Of a DNA stretch of 64,000 bases, positions 38,199 through 47,586 are shown one piece after another (positions within the stretch are counted from its first letter, which is position 1; the number at the start of each line of letters is the position of its first letter). The DNA comes from a bacterium (GTDB lineage Bacteria > Zhuqueibacterota > Zhuqueibacteria > Residuimicrobiales > Krinioviventaceae): contig OY843751.1 of assembly GCA_963693055.1 (NCBI GenBank), positions 5,760,001 to 5,824,000 on the forward strand, read 5' to 3'. The notes below the pieces were generated by a model. It saw only the letters and a list, made by a program, of their open reading frames with translations, did no database searches and was not told the origin of the DNA. A program made the position numbers and the translations under genes.

Positions 38199-40583
38199 CT
38201 ATTTTTTTTTATTCTTGACCGGTTTGGCTTTAATTGCAAGTTCCAGTACTTCTTCAAGCGTTTTTACAGGATAAAAAGTCATTTTCTTGCGTGTATCTTC
38301 GGGAATCTCTTCCAGATCATCTTTATTTTTATCAGGCAAAATAACATGTTTAATTCCGGCCCGCTGAGCAGCAAGCATCTTTTCTTTAATACCACCAACC
38401 GGTAATACTTTACCACGCAAAGTAATTTCACCGGTCATAGCCAGATCGCTCCGTACCGGTTTTTTTGTTAGCAGAGAGACCAGCGCAGTGGTCATGGTAA
38501 CACCCGCAGATGGGCCGTCTTTGGGAATGGCTCCTGCAGGTACGTGCACATGTATATCTGATTTGACGAATATAGTTTCATCAATGCCAAGCGCTTCCGC
38601 GTTTGAACGAATATAAGAAAGTGCCGCCTGTGCGGATTCTTTCATCACATCGCCCAATTGTCCGGTTAATATCAATCCTTTGCTGCCGGTCATACGTGTG
38701 GCTTCAATGAACAACACATCACCACCCGAAGGGGTCCAGGCCAGTCCGGTTGCAACACCGGGTCTACCCAGGCGCTCTGCAACTTCTGAATAAAACTTTT
38801 TCGGACCCAAAAGCTCAACAACCTTTTCAGGCGTAATAGAAACTTTATCTTCATTGCCCAAAGCAACCTCTTTGGCAACCTTGCGACAAATGTTTGCAAA
38901 CTGGCGTTCCAGATTTCTCACACCCGCCTCACGGGTATAGTCTGCAATAATACTTTTTACGGCGGCCTTGGTAAAGGATATATGTTTACGTTTCAATCCG
39001 TTTTCATGGATCTGCCGGGGTATCAGGTATTTGGTTGCAATATGTATTTTATCCTCTTCAATATATCCGGGTAGCTCAATCACTTCCATTCTGTCACGCA
39101 AAGGTGATGGAATGGTATCCAGCACATTCGCAGTGGTAATAAACATTACGCTCGACAAATCAAAAGGAACATCCAGATAGTGGTCCGAAAAGGAAAAGTT
39201 CTGTTCCGGATCAAGCACCTCCAACAATGCCGATGCAGGATCGCCACGAAAATCCTGGCCAATTTTATCCACTTCATCCAACATAAAAATGGGATTATTA
39301 CTACCTGCTGTTTTCAGGCCCTGAATGATTCTGCCGGGCATAGAACCTATATAAGTACGACGATGACCGCGGATTTCGGCTTCATCGTGTACACCACCCA
39401 GAGAAATGCGTACAAAATTCCTTCCCATAGAGCGCGCAATAGACCGACCCAATGAAGTTTTTCCTACTCCCGGAGGCCCTACAAAACAAATAATGGGACC
39501 CTTGGTGTCGTTTTTCAATTTACGTACTGCAAGGTATTCAATAATACGCTCTTTGATCTTTTGCAAACCGTAATGATCTTCATCAAGCACATTCTGGGCT
39601 TTATCAATATCAAGATTATCTTCGGTCGCAACATTCCAGGGTAAAATAATCATCCAGTCAAGGTATGTGCGTGAAACCGTATATTCTGCCGCACCCGGCT
39701 GCATTTTAGACAGACGGTCAAGCTCACGCAGAGCTTCATTTTCCGCTTCTTCGGGCATATTTGCTTCAAGAATCTGTTCTTCCAGTTCTTCAAGTTCAAC
39801 CGAGCGCTCATCGCTCATGCCCAGTTCTTTTTGAATGGCCCGCAACTGTTCACGCAAAAAGTATTCTCGCTGATTTTTACCCAACTCGCTCTGGACTTTA
39901 TCCTGTATCTTGGAGCCCATCTCCAATACTTCGAGTTCGCGATTCAGTAAAACCGTAAGTTTTTGTAGACGCTGTTTAATTGTTGATGCTTCAAGTATCG
40001 ATTGTTTTTCCTCGACCGATATGGTGAGGTTTGAAGCAATTAAATCCGCAAGCTTGCCGGGATCAGTTGTATTCACAATCACAACCTGAAGTTCATCGGG
40101 CAATTGCGGTACCAGTGAAACCACTTTTTGGAATTGCTGGCCTACATTACGTTTAAGCGCTTCTATTTCAGTGGTTTCTCTATAAGCATCTTCTTTGGTC
40201 TCTACATTGTAAACAAAATAAGGATCGGTAGAAACATTTTCTTTTAATTTTATTCTCGAGATTCCCTGCACCAAAACACGCAAAGAACCATCAGGAAATT
40301 TCAACATACGCAGAATTATTGCGGCTGTTCCAAATTGGTATATATCATCTGTTACCGGGTCTTCTGTTTCAGGGTCTTTTTGTGCAACCAGGCCAAGAAT
40401 TCTTGAACCCGCTATCACGTCATTTATCAGCTTTACTGATTTTTCCCGTGCAACAACAAGCGGAGTTACAATATTTGGAAAAGTCACAGTATCTCTTAAA
40501 GGCAATATCGGCAGCTCCGCAGGAACTTTGGTTTCCATCTCAGAGTCTGATTCAATCGTTACATTGAAATTGTTTTCATCCAT
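38199..40583 (-). CDS. lon: ATP-dependent protease La
   Basis: Lon N-domain, [29 protein letters not shown] (Ser), GGIKEK (Lys). Confidence 0.97.
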   Translation of the reverse strand: MDENNFNVTIESDSEMETKVPAELPILPLRDTVTFPNIVTPLVVAREKSVKLINDVIAGSRILGLVAQKDPETEDPVTDDIYQFGTAAIILRMLKFPDGSLRVLVQGISRIKLKENVSTDPYFVYNVETKEDAYRETTEIEALKRNVGQQFQKVVSLVPQLPDELQVVIVNTTDPGKLADLIASNLTISVEEKQSILEASTIKQRLQKLTVLLNRELEVLEMGSKIQDKVQSELGKNQREYFLREQLRAIQKELGMSDERSVELEELEEQILEANMPEEAENEALRELDRLSKMQPGAAEYTVSRTYLDWMIILPWNVATEDNLDIDKAQNVLDEDHYGLQKIKERIIEYLAVRKLKNDTKGPIICFVGPPGVGKTSLGRSIARSMGRNFVRISLGGVHDEAEIRGHRRTYIGSMPGRIIQGLKTAGSNNPIFMLDEVDKIGQDFRGDPASALLEVLDPEQNFSFSDHYLDVPFDLSSVMFITTANVLDTIPSPLRDRMEVIELPGYIEEDKIHIATKYLIPRQIHENGLKRKHISFTKAAVKSIIADYTREAGVRNLERQFANICRKVAKEVALGNEDKVSITPEKVVELLGPKKFYSEVAERLGRPGVATGLAWTPSGGDVLFIEATRMTGSKGLILTGQLGDVMKESAQAALSYIRSNAEALGIDETIFVKSDIHVHVPAGAIPKDGPSAGVTMTTALVSLLTKKPVRSDLAMTGEITLRGKVLPVGGIKEKMLAAQRAGIKHVILPDKNKDDLEEIPEDTRKKMTFYPVKTLEEVLELAIKAKPVKNKKK

Positions 40584-40613
40584 GTTAACTCCTGAATCTA
40601 CATTTCGATTAAA

Positions 40614-41060
40614 TTATTCTTCATTTTCACTTTTATTATTTATAGGTACTTCAATAACCTGACTATCTTTGGAAATTACAATTTCCAATATTCCATCAAT
40701 TAAATTGGCATCGATCTGATTATGTTCCATAAATTGTGGTATATGGATGTTTTTCTGAAAACTGCCATATTTAATTTCAAGCTGATGATAAGACAGTCTG
40801 TTTTCCAACATTTTTTCTCGACGGACCCCGCAGATCCGTATCATACCATCTTTGACTTTGACAGAAATATCATTTCTGTCTACACCGGCGAGTTCAATTT
40901 TTATGATTACAAAATCCTCAAACTCGACGATATCCGTATTGGGCTCCCAACGTGGTGATGTTTGCGACACCTCTGAACAAAACTGAGCAGGCCGCTTTTC
41001 TCTCCAGTAAGAGACCGAATCGGTAAATTCTCTAATGACTTTAACGATATGTATGGGCAT
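40614..41060 (-). CDS. Hsp20/alpha-crystallin small heat-shock protein
   Basis: WEPNTDI, ELAGV, EIKYGSFQKNI.IP, ANLIDGILEI; directly upstream of lon. Confidence 0.88.
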   Translation of the reverse strand: MPIHIVKVIREFTDSVSYWREKRPAQFCSEVSQTSPRWEPNTDIVEFEDFVIIKIELAGVDRNDISVKVKDGMIRICGVRREKMLENRLSYHQLEIKYGSFQKNIHIPQFMEHNQIDANLIDGILEIVISKDSQVIEVPINNKSENEE

Positions 41061-41140
41061 AACATTTCTCCTTAATGCATATTATTGCATTGCCCGAAAA
41101 TCATATATTCACAACAATTGGCAAATCAGATTTATTTATA

Positions 41141-41797
41141 TCATTTCATTTTTTTAATCTTGGCCAGGTCTTCATTTTTACCCAGCAGCATTAAAATGTC
41201 ACTGTCTTTAATTATATGATCAGCCGTAGGTATCATGACCAGTTTCTCAGGAACCAGTTCTTTAACAACCAGCACCAAAACGCCATACTTGTTTCGCAAA
41301 TCCAGCTCACCCAGACTTTTTGCCAAAAACGCTTTTGGAGGTGCAAATTCTATAATACTGATGCCTTCTCCAATTGTAAAGCTGTCTATCAGATAATCAC
41401 TCTCTAGGGTTTGAGCAAGTCTGTATGCCTCATCGCGTTCCGGGAAAACCACCTGCGTGGCACCAATGATGTCCAAAATCTTGCCATGATCTTCAGTTAT
41501 CGCTTTGGCAACAATATTCTTTACCCGCAGTTCCCGTAAATACAACGTCACCAGAATACTGGCATCAACCTGATCACCCAAACTAACAACTACAACATCC
41601 ATTTCAGCCAAACCCAAACCAGACAAGGTATCTTTATCACTGGCATCAGCAATAACCGCGCGGTCAACAAATTGTTTAATACGCTCTATTTTTTCTTCAT
41701 CTTTATCAATAGCCATAACCTGATGTCCCTCATTAGAGAGATATTTAGCAAGATATGTCCCAAAGCTGCTTAATCCAATAATTGCAAACGTTCTCAT
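41141..41797 (-). CDS. ktrA: Ktr/Trk K+ uptake regulatory RCK subunit
   Basis: AIIGLSSFG Rossmann motif, IGATQVVFPE, RCK_C KSLGELDLRNKYGV. Confidence 0.9.
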   Translation of the reverse strand: MRTFAIIGLSSFGTYLAKYLSNEGHQVMAIDKDEEKIERIKQFVDRAVIADASDKDTLSGLGLAEMDVVVVSLGDQVDASILVTLYLRELRVKNIVAKAITEDHGKILDIIGATQVVFPERDEAYRLAQTLESDYLIDSFTIGEGISIIEFAPPKAFLAKSLGELDLRNKYGVLVLVVKELVPEKLVMIPTADHIIKDSDILMLLGKNEDLAKIKKMK

Positions 41798-41812
41798 AAT
41801 AAATCCTGATCG

Positions 41813-43165
41813 TTATCCTACCCACAATTCTTCTTCGGCATATTTAAAACGCGCATTTTTCCTTTGAACAATTGCAAGTGCAATAGTTAATGGACCCACA
41901 CGTCCAATAAACATTAATAAAATTATAACAATTTTACCGGTAAAAGACAAGACCGGTGTTAATCCCATACTTAAACCTACAGTTCCAAAGGCTGAAAAAA
42001 CTTCAAACACCACTTCCAAAAACAGGGTCCTGCCCATCATATGCGGGCCACCCGGATGCTCGGTAACCAGCAGCACAGTAATTGCAACAATCACTATTAC
42101 CATTGCAAAAAACACAATGGCAATAGCTTTAGATACAACCCGCTCAGACACACCTCTGTTCAACAGACGTACTTGAGGTTCATTGCGAAACCGTGAAAAA
42201 ATCATCGCACTGACAACCGCAAATGTTGTGGTTTTCACTCCTCCACCACAGGAACCCGGTGACGCACCAACAAGCATCAACATGATAAACAACAACAAGG
42301 TACTACTGGTCATTGCCTCAACAGGCAAAGTATTAAAGCCGGCAGTACGCGTTGTAACCGATTGAAACAATGCATCAATCAATTTCTGAACAACTGGGCG
42401 TCCATCTAGTACATTATTCCATTCAAAAAATAAAAATAAAACCATTCCAAACAAAACAAGAATAGCCGAAGTAATCAACACAATCCTTGAATGAAGCCCC
42501 AATCTGCGGCTTTTTTTTCTCAACAATTTTAAAATGTCAAATATTACCCAAAACCCAATACCACCCAAAATAATCAATAAAATGACAGTGATGTTAAGCA
42601 AATAATCCGTGTGAAAACCAGACAAACTGGTACTGAAAAGAGCAAATCCTGCATTACAAAAAGCCGATATTGAATGAAAAACACCCAAATAAACAGATTC
42701 CAACAAGGGTTTGTCTAAAGAAAAGCGCCACGTCAAAATTACAGCACCCACGGCTTCTATAATCAATGTACTAAAAATAATGGACAAGATGAGCTTGCCA
42801 ACATTTTGTGTATGGCCGCCCGCTATACTATCTTCAAACAGGTATCTGTTTCTCAGGTTAATTTTACCGGAAACAATATATGCACCCAGGGTAGAAAAGG
42901 TCATAATACCTAGTCCACCTACCTGAATTAAAAGCAAAATCACTGATTGTCCAAACCCTGTCCAATGGCTTCCGGTATCATATACAACCAGTCCGGTAAC
43001 ACAGGTAGCAGACGTAGCTGTAAACAAGGCATCAATGATTGATACGCTCTGCTTCGAGCTGGCAGGCAGTATCAGTAAAACCGTGCCCAGTATAATCAGA
43101 GATAAAAAACCTAGGGTCAAAGATTTCGCCGGAGATATTTTCTTCTTTTCAAATTGACTTGGCAT
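41813..43165 (-). CDS. ktrB: Ktr/Trk K+ uptake membrane subunit
   Basis: ATSATCVTGL, SAFCNAGF, RTAGF, SPGSCGGGVKTTT, SAFGTVGLS, MFIGRVGP. Confidence 0.93.
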   Translation of the reverse strand: MPSQFEKKKISPAKSLTLGFLSLIILGTVLLILPASSKQSVSIIDALFTATSATCVTGLVVYDTGSHWTGFGQSVILLLIQVGGLGIMTFSTLGAYIVSGKINLRNRYLFEDSIAGGHTQNVGKLILSIIFSTLIIEAVGAVILTWRFSLDKPLLESVYLGVFHSISAFCNAGFALFSTSLSGFHTDYLLNITVILLIILGGIGFWVIFDILKLLRKKSRRLGLHSRIVLITSAILVLFGMVLFLFFEWNNVLDGRPVVQKLIDALFQSVTTRTAGFNTLPVEAMTSSTLLLFIMLMLVGASPGSCGGGVKTTTFAVVSAMIFSRFRNEPQVRLLNRGVSERVVSKAIAIVFFAMVIVIVAITVLLVTEHPGGPHMMGRTLFLEVVFEVFSAFGTVGLSMGLTPVLSFTGKIVIILLMFIGRVGPLTIALAIVQRKNARFKYAEEELWVG

Positions 43166-43240
43166 ACCTAAATATCTATTGTAAAAATCTGTACAATTTA
43201 ATCATTTAAACGTTAATATGAAAACGGTTTAATAGCGGGC

Positions 43241-43269
43241 AAAAAAAAAGGGGCTTTTTTGCCCCTTTT
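43241..43269 (-). terminator. Intrinsic terminator at the stop of the MinD-like gene
   Basis: aaaaggggc-tttttt-gcccctttt stem with an A9 run (U tract on minus strand). Confidence 0.7.
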
Positions 43270-44554
43270 ACTTTTTAAAAATTGGATCCAAATGTCTTAC
43301 ACTGCAGGGATGTCCTCCATCCTGATATTCGCAATCTCCCCAATAAATGCAATTCACAGAACAAATGGTATCGCCTTCTTTGAGATTGGCTTTGGGATAG
43401 TCTTTGGAATCTTGTTTAACATTCCGAATAACTTTGGTTTTTTGTCTAAATCCCTGCCATCCTTCTTTGCCCAAAAGACCAACCGAGATCAACCTGGCCA
43501 GGCTTTTGGATGCTTTTGATTTTGGATTATCGAGTATAAAGGGCCGAAGCTCTTTGAGAGACTTTCGAACCTGTTCATCAAAATCTACATAACCAATATA
43601 ATCTATTGTTATTCCCAGCAGCTCACTTGCCGCTGTTTTCAAGGTGTCACCTTCTTTAATCTCATCCGCAGAGTGGACCATGTTTAATATAAGTTTGGGT
43701 CGAAAAGAACTCAGCTTTTCTTGAATTTGTTTCGAAGCGGCCGGATCAATTGTTTTCACTTGTTCAATAATATCGTACATGGTATTTGACATGCGGCTCT
43801 GATTCGTGCCAATCTGACTCTCGATAATATCTAACACTCGCGTGTTGCTCTTGAATTCACGCATCAGCATGCGCATAAAAGAGACTTTGAGGAAATTGAA
43901 CGTATCTTGAATTGCAATGGGATCCGGGGTGGTTACCAGAATTCCCTGGTCTGCTGCTATAAAGAAATCAATCACATTATAAGATGAACCGGCGCCAAGA
44001 TCAAGCAGAATAAAATCTGCATTGAGATTGTGTAAATGAGAAATAAATCTTTGCTTTTGAGAATACTGGGGATTCGCAAGACCCAATGTTCCGCATGCAC
44101 CGCTAATGAGTTTTAAATTTTCAATTGGCGTGTCCAGCAAAATATCTTCAAGACTCTCTCGCTGCATGGTATAAAAATGATAAAACGTGTATTCTGGATC
44201 CAATATACCCATACAGGTGTGAAGGTTGGCGCCGCCCAGGTCAGCATCTACAACAATAACCTGGTTTCCCAGGGCTGCTAATCCTATTCCCAGCGATGAA
44301 GTCAAACTGGTTTTACCAACACCGCCCTTGCCTCCGCCAACAGCAAAGACTATTTTTTCTTTGGGTACCGCTGCCTTTTGTTCAAACAGTGAGGAAAAAT
44401 CTTCCAGTTCACCAGCTTTAACCCATTCCTGTGTATCTTCATGGAATATCAAATCACTTTGTTGAAACTCGCCCTTTTTGGCAAGGTTTCTCAATTCTGA
44501 TGTCGAATACGGTCCTTTTTCAACATTATCAATCTTGACAAACAGCTCTGACAT
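43268..44554 (-). CDS. GYF_2 (DUF4339) domain + MinD/FlhG-family ATPase + Cys-rich C-terminal tail
   Basis: N-terminal EKGPYS..EL...KKGEF...LIFHED..EW; GGKGGVGKT; DADLGGANLH; LDLGAG; tail CSVNCIYWGDCEYQDGGHPC. Confidence 0.82.
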   Translation of the reverse strand: MSELFVKIDNVEKGPYSTSELRNLAKKGEFQQSDLIFHEDTQEWVKAGELEDFSSLFEQKAAVPKEKIVFAVGGGKGGVGKTSLTSSLGIGLAALGNQVIVVDADLGGANLHTCMGILDPEYTFYHFYTMQRESLEDILLDTPIENLKLISGACGTLGLANPQYSQKQRFISHLHNLNADFILLDLGAGSSYNVIDFFIAADQGILVTTPDPIAIQDTFNFLKVSFMRMLMREFKSNTRVLDIIESQIGTNQSRMSNTMYDIIEQVKTIDPAASKQIQEKLSSFRPKLILNMVHSADEIKEGDTLKTAASELLGITIDYIGYVDFDEQVRKSLKELRPFILDNPKSKASKSLARLISVGLLGKEGWQGFRQKTKVIRNVKQDSKDYPKANLKEGDTICSVNCIYWGDCEYQDGGHPCSVRHLDPIFKK

Positions 44555-44609
44555 ATTCCCCTCAATATCTTTCTCTATTATACATTATTATATTATACCC
44601 ATAAACTGT

Positions 44610-45761
44610 CTATTCTGCGGAATCCTGCTCTGTTATTTCCTCAACCTGATCTTCTTCCTCTTCTGCATCTTTACGCTCTAGCAGGTTTTCCTGGTCTTTA
44701 TTGTAGCGCAATACCATATAAGCAATGGTGTTGCTGGATGTAAATGTGGAAATACCATAAGAGATAACCCATCCGCCAATCATTAAAAGACTGATTGCAT
44801 AAAAATAAGATGAAATCAGTACAGACATGCCCAATTCGGATGCCGGAATAAAAGTATAAACTTTACGGAAAAATACTTCTGGTGCTGCACCCTGAAATAT
44901 GGAGACAATAAAACTCTGGAACATGATGGTCCAGGATTGTACCATTGCAAGGCCGTTATTACTAAAATTGATAAATTCTGAACCCATAGAGCCAATAAAA
45001 ATTCCATTCATAATAACAATAGATTTTTTGACAGCAAAGGCAAATAAACCAAAGGAAACAATGGACAATACAAATGCCATAACCTGATACATGATCAGTC
45101 TCCAGGGCTGTGCCCAGGTAATAGAAAACGCCTGAAAGACGGCTTCAAAAGCATCTTCATCTGTGGTGGCAATAATTGACGGTACCATCAACAATGAAAC
45201 CAAAACTATGATTATAAAAAAGAAAATTAATAGCGAAGCAATAAACCATAAAATAGTAAAAAAACTGACACCCAACGGGCCAATAAAGGGTATTACGTTT
45301 CCAAGGAATCCAACAATCGATCCGCCCAATACCAATAATAAAATGAGTACAACCAGAGAAACCGGTGTTAAAAATACAGACCAGAATTTATGCAATGCAA
45401 ATGAATAAGCTTCTTTCCAGGTATAAAAGCTGTTACCCTTGCCCACCATATACACAGCTCGTGCAACTGCCGTATTTGCCACCAAATATGCTAAAAAGAA
45501 ACCCAAAGAGCCTAATGCAAACAGAACCCACGCAAACCAGGGATAGGTCTCGGCTGATGCGTAAAGACAAGGCAATAGTCCAAATTTTTGCCATACAGCA
45601 TCAAATGCGTATCCACTGACAATGTAACTGAGATATGTAAACACCAAATAACTTGCATATCCCACAAGCATACCGACAAACTGTATCCAGATACGTTGAA
45701 TGCTGAAAGCCATGCGTGGTGCAGCAAACAAATCACGAAAATCAAACTTCATTTTTAACAT
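44610..45761 (-). CDS. Multi-pass membrane protein of unknown function
   Basis: About 7 hydrophobic segments and an acidic tail; start moved from 45845 to ATG 45761 because of a GGAGA SD and to remove the overlap with the upstream gene. Confidence 0.7.
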   Translation of the reverse strand: MLKMKFDFRDLFAAPRMAFSIQRIWIQFVGMLVGYASYLVFTYLSYIVSGYAFDAVWQKFGLLPCLYASAETYPWFAWVLFALGSLGFFLAYLVANTAVARAVYMVGKGNSFYTWKEAYSFALHKFWSVFLTPVSLVVLILLLVLGGSIVGFLGNVIPFIGPLGVSFFTILWFIASLLIFFFIIIVLVSLLMVPSIIATTDEDAFEAVFQAFSITWAQPWRLIMYQVMAFVLSIVSFGLFAFAVKKSIVIMNGIFIGSMGSEFINFSNNGLAMVQSWTIMFQSFIVSIFQGAAPEVFFRKVYTFIPASELGMSVLISSYFYAISLLMIGGWVISYGISTFTSSNTIAYMVLRYNKDQENLLERKDAEEEEDQVEEITEQDSAE

Positions 45762-45807
45762 TTTTATTCTCCATGTTTGCACAAATAATACAAAAAATAT
45801 CTCAATA

Positions 45808-47118
45808 TTACAAATTTTCGCCCAAAGTTGCTTCATCCTCATCATGTGGATGATATGAAATTTTAACCAGAATGATCCGGTTATTCTCGACCTTGTTAAC
45901 CATCAATTTATATTGATTATATTTCACTACCTGGTTTGGTTCTGGCACAGAGCCGGTTTGCTCTAAAATAAAACCTCCCAGAGTATCATAATCATCTTTG
46001 ACTGGAATTTCAATTTCAATCAAATCATTCAAAGACTCTATGTCGATCTTGGCATTTACCAGATAATTATTCTCATCTGTTTTTTTATACAGGGCTTGTT
46101 CTTTGTCGTATTCATCACGAATATCACCCACAATTTCTTCTATCACATCCTCAAGGGTAACAATGCCCGCTGTACCGCCATACTCATCAACCACAATGGC
46201 CATATGCTGCCGTTCCTTTTGGAACAATCTTAAAAGATCATCTATCTTTTTACTTTCTGGTACAAACAAGGCTCCACGGGCTAATGACTTTATATCAGCG
46301 CCACCATCTCCACTGGAAATAAATGACAACAAATCTTTGGCGTTTATTATACCAATGATCTTGTCTATAGTTTCCTCATAAACCGGAATACGTGTGTGAC
46401 CCTTTTCCTTTATAACCCGAATCAAATCACTTATGGATGCGTCTTCCTGTATACATACCACATCTGTTCGTGGAACCATGATTTCACGGACGATGGTATC
46501 TCCAAACTCGAAAATCGAGTGGATCATTTCCTTTTCTTCTTCTTCCAACTCGCCCTGTTCTTCACCCAGATCCAAAAGGGCCTGAAACTCGTCGGAATGG
46601 AAAAAGCGTTCTTCTTTGGATTCTTTAATTTTAAATACATCTGTTAACCAGTTGATCACTTTTTCAAGAACCCAGGAAAACGGCCAAAACAAATAATATA
46701 TGGAAAGAATGACCAAAGACACATTCTGAGAAAAAGTTTTGGCATTTTTAACAGCAATAATTTTAGGAGTGATCTCGCTAAATACAAGAATCAAAAACGT
46801 GACCACAACAACATTTAAAACAAGAACAATTCTGGGGTCTAAACCTGCTTCTATGCTGAGACGTGTAGTCAGCATGGCTGATAATGACGCAGCAGACACA
46901 TTCACCAGGGTATTACCAATCAATATAGAAATTAAAAGACGACGTGACTGGGATAGTAAAAACAGGACCCGTTTTGCACTGCTCTTTTTTTCATCTTGCA
47001 ACTGTTTACTGGTAATTGAATTAATAGAAAAAAAAGCAGTTTCCGCCCCGGAAAAAAAAGCCGATAACAACAAGAGTACAAAAAACGCTATCGAATAATA
47101 AGGTAGTGGGTCTTCCAA
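45808..47118 (-). CDS. HlyC/CorC (CNNM/DUF21-CBS-CorC; GldE-like) transporter-associated protein
   Basis: SAFFSGAETAF, ILIGNTLVN, FSEITPK, VREIMVPR, HTRIPVY, VVDEYGGTAGIVTLEDVIEEIVGDIRDE. Confidence 0.92.
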   Translation of the reverse strand: MEDPLPYYSIAFFVLLLLSAFFSGAETAFFSINSITSKQLQDEKKSSAKRVLFLLSQSRRLLISILIGNTLVNVSAASLSAMLTTRLSIEAGLDPRIVLVLNVVVVTFLILVFSEITPKIIAVKNAKTFSQNVSLVILSIYYLFWPFSWVLEKVINWLTDVFKIKESKEERFFHSDEFQALLDLGEEQGELEEEEKEMIHSIFEFGDTIVREIMVPRTDVVCIQEDASISDLIRVIKEKGHTRIPVYEETIDKIIGIINAKDLLSFISSGDGGADIKSLARGALFVPESKKIDDLLRLFQKERQHMAIVVDEYGGTAGIVTLEDVIEEIVGDIRDEYDKEQALYKKTDENNYLVNAKIDIESLNDLIEIEIPVKDDYDTLGGFILEQTGSVPEPNQVVKYNQYKLMVNKVENNRIILVKISYHPHDEDEATLGENL

Positions 47119-47174
47119 AATGTATATTTTCTCCTAAATTTACCACTCTATATACAATTTATATCAAAAAAACT

Positions 47175-47540
47175 TTAAAGTAAATTAAATTTTTGTAAAA
47201 TTTCATCTTCTTTGCTGCGCATATTTGCTTTTTCTGTTTCTGTCTGATCATCCAGACCTGTCAAATGCAGCATTCCATGTATCATCAATCGGTATAGTTC
47301 ACTCTCTATTGACACATTGTAATTCCCGGCTTGATCTTTCGCACGATCAACGCTGATATAAATTTCACCCTCGTTATAGTCTTCAAATGACTCGCTGAGG
47401 TTGAACGTAATTACATCTGTTGGTGTGGCATCATCCAGATATTGTTCATGCATGGTTGCCAGATACTCATCCGTAACAAGCACAATGGATACCTGCCACG
47501 CTTTATCACTTTTATCATGCATATTAAACAGATTATCCAT
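47175..47540 (-). CDS. ybeY: rRNA maturation endoribonuclease YbeY (true start possibly upstream, near 47609)
   Basis: TDVITF, GEIYIS, HGMLHLTGLDD (HxxxHxxGxD); typical position after phoH and the HD protein. Confidence 0.9.
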   Translation of the reverse strand: MDNLFNMHDKSDKAWQVSIVLVTDEYLATMHEQYLDDATPTDVITFNLSESFEDYNEGEIYISVDRAKDQAGNYNVSIESELYRLMIHGMLHLTGLDDQTETEKANMRSKEDEILQKFNLL

Positions 47541-47586
47541 GACATCTTTAACAAGCGGGAACTCCAGGTTGTCCTGGTTATAATTA

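Noticed and set aside
41074-41091. aatgca-N6-tgcatt inverted repeat just upstream of the hsp20 SD
   Set aside because: Only 6-bp arms in AT-rich DNA and not a CIRCE match; could be chance.
45762-45845. 28-aa N-terminal extension of the membrane-protein ORF
   Set aside because: Overlaps the corC-like gene; a good SD supports ATG 45761.
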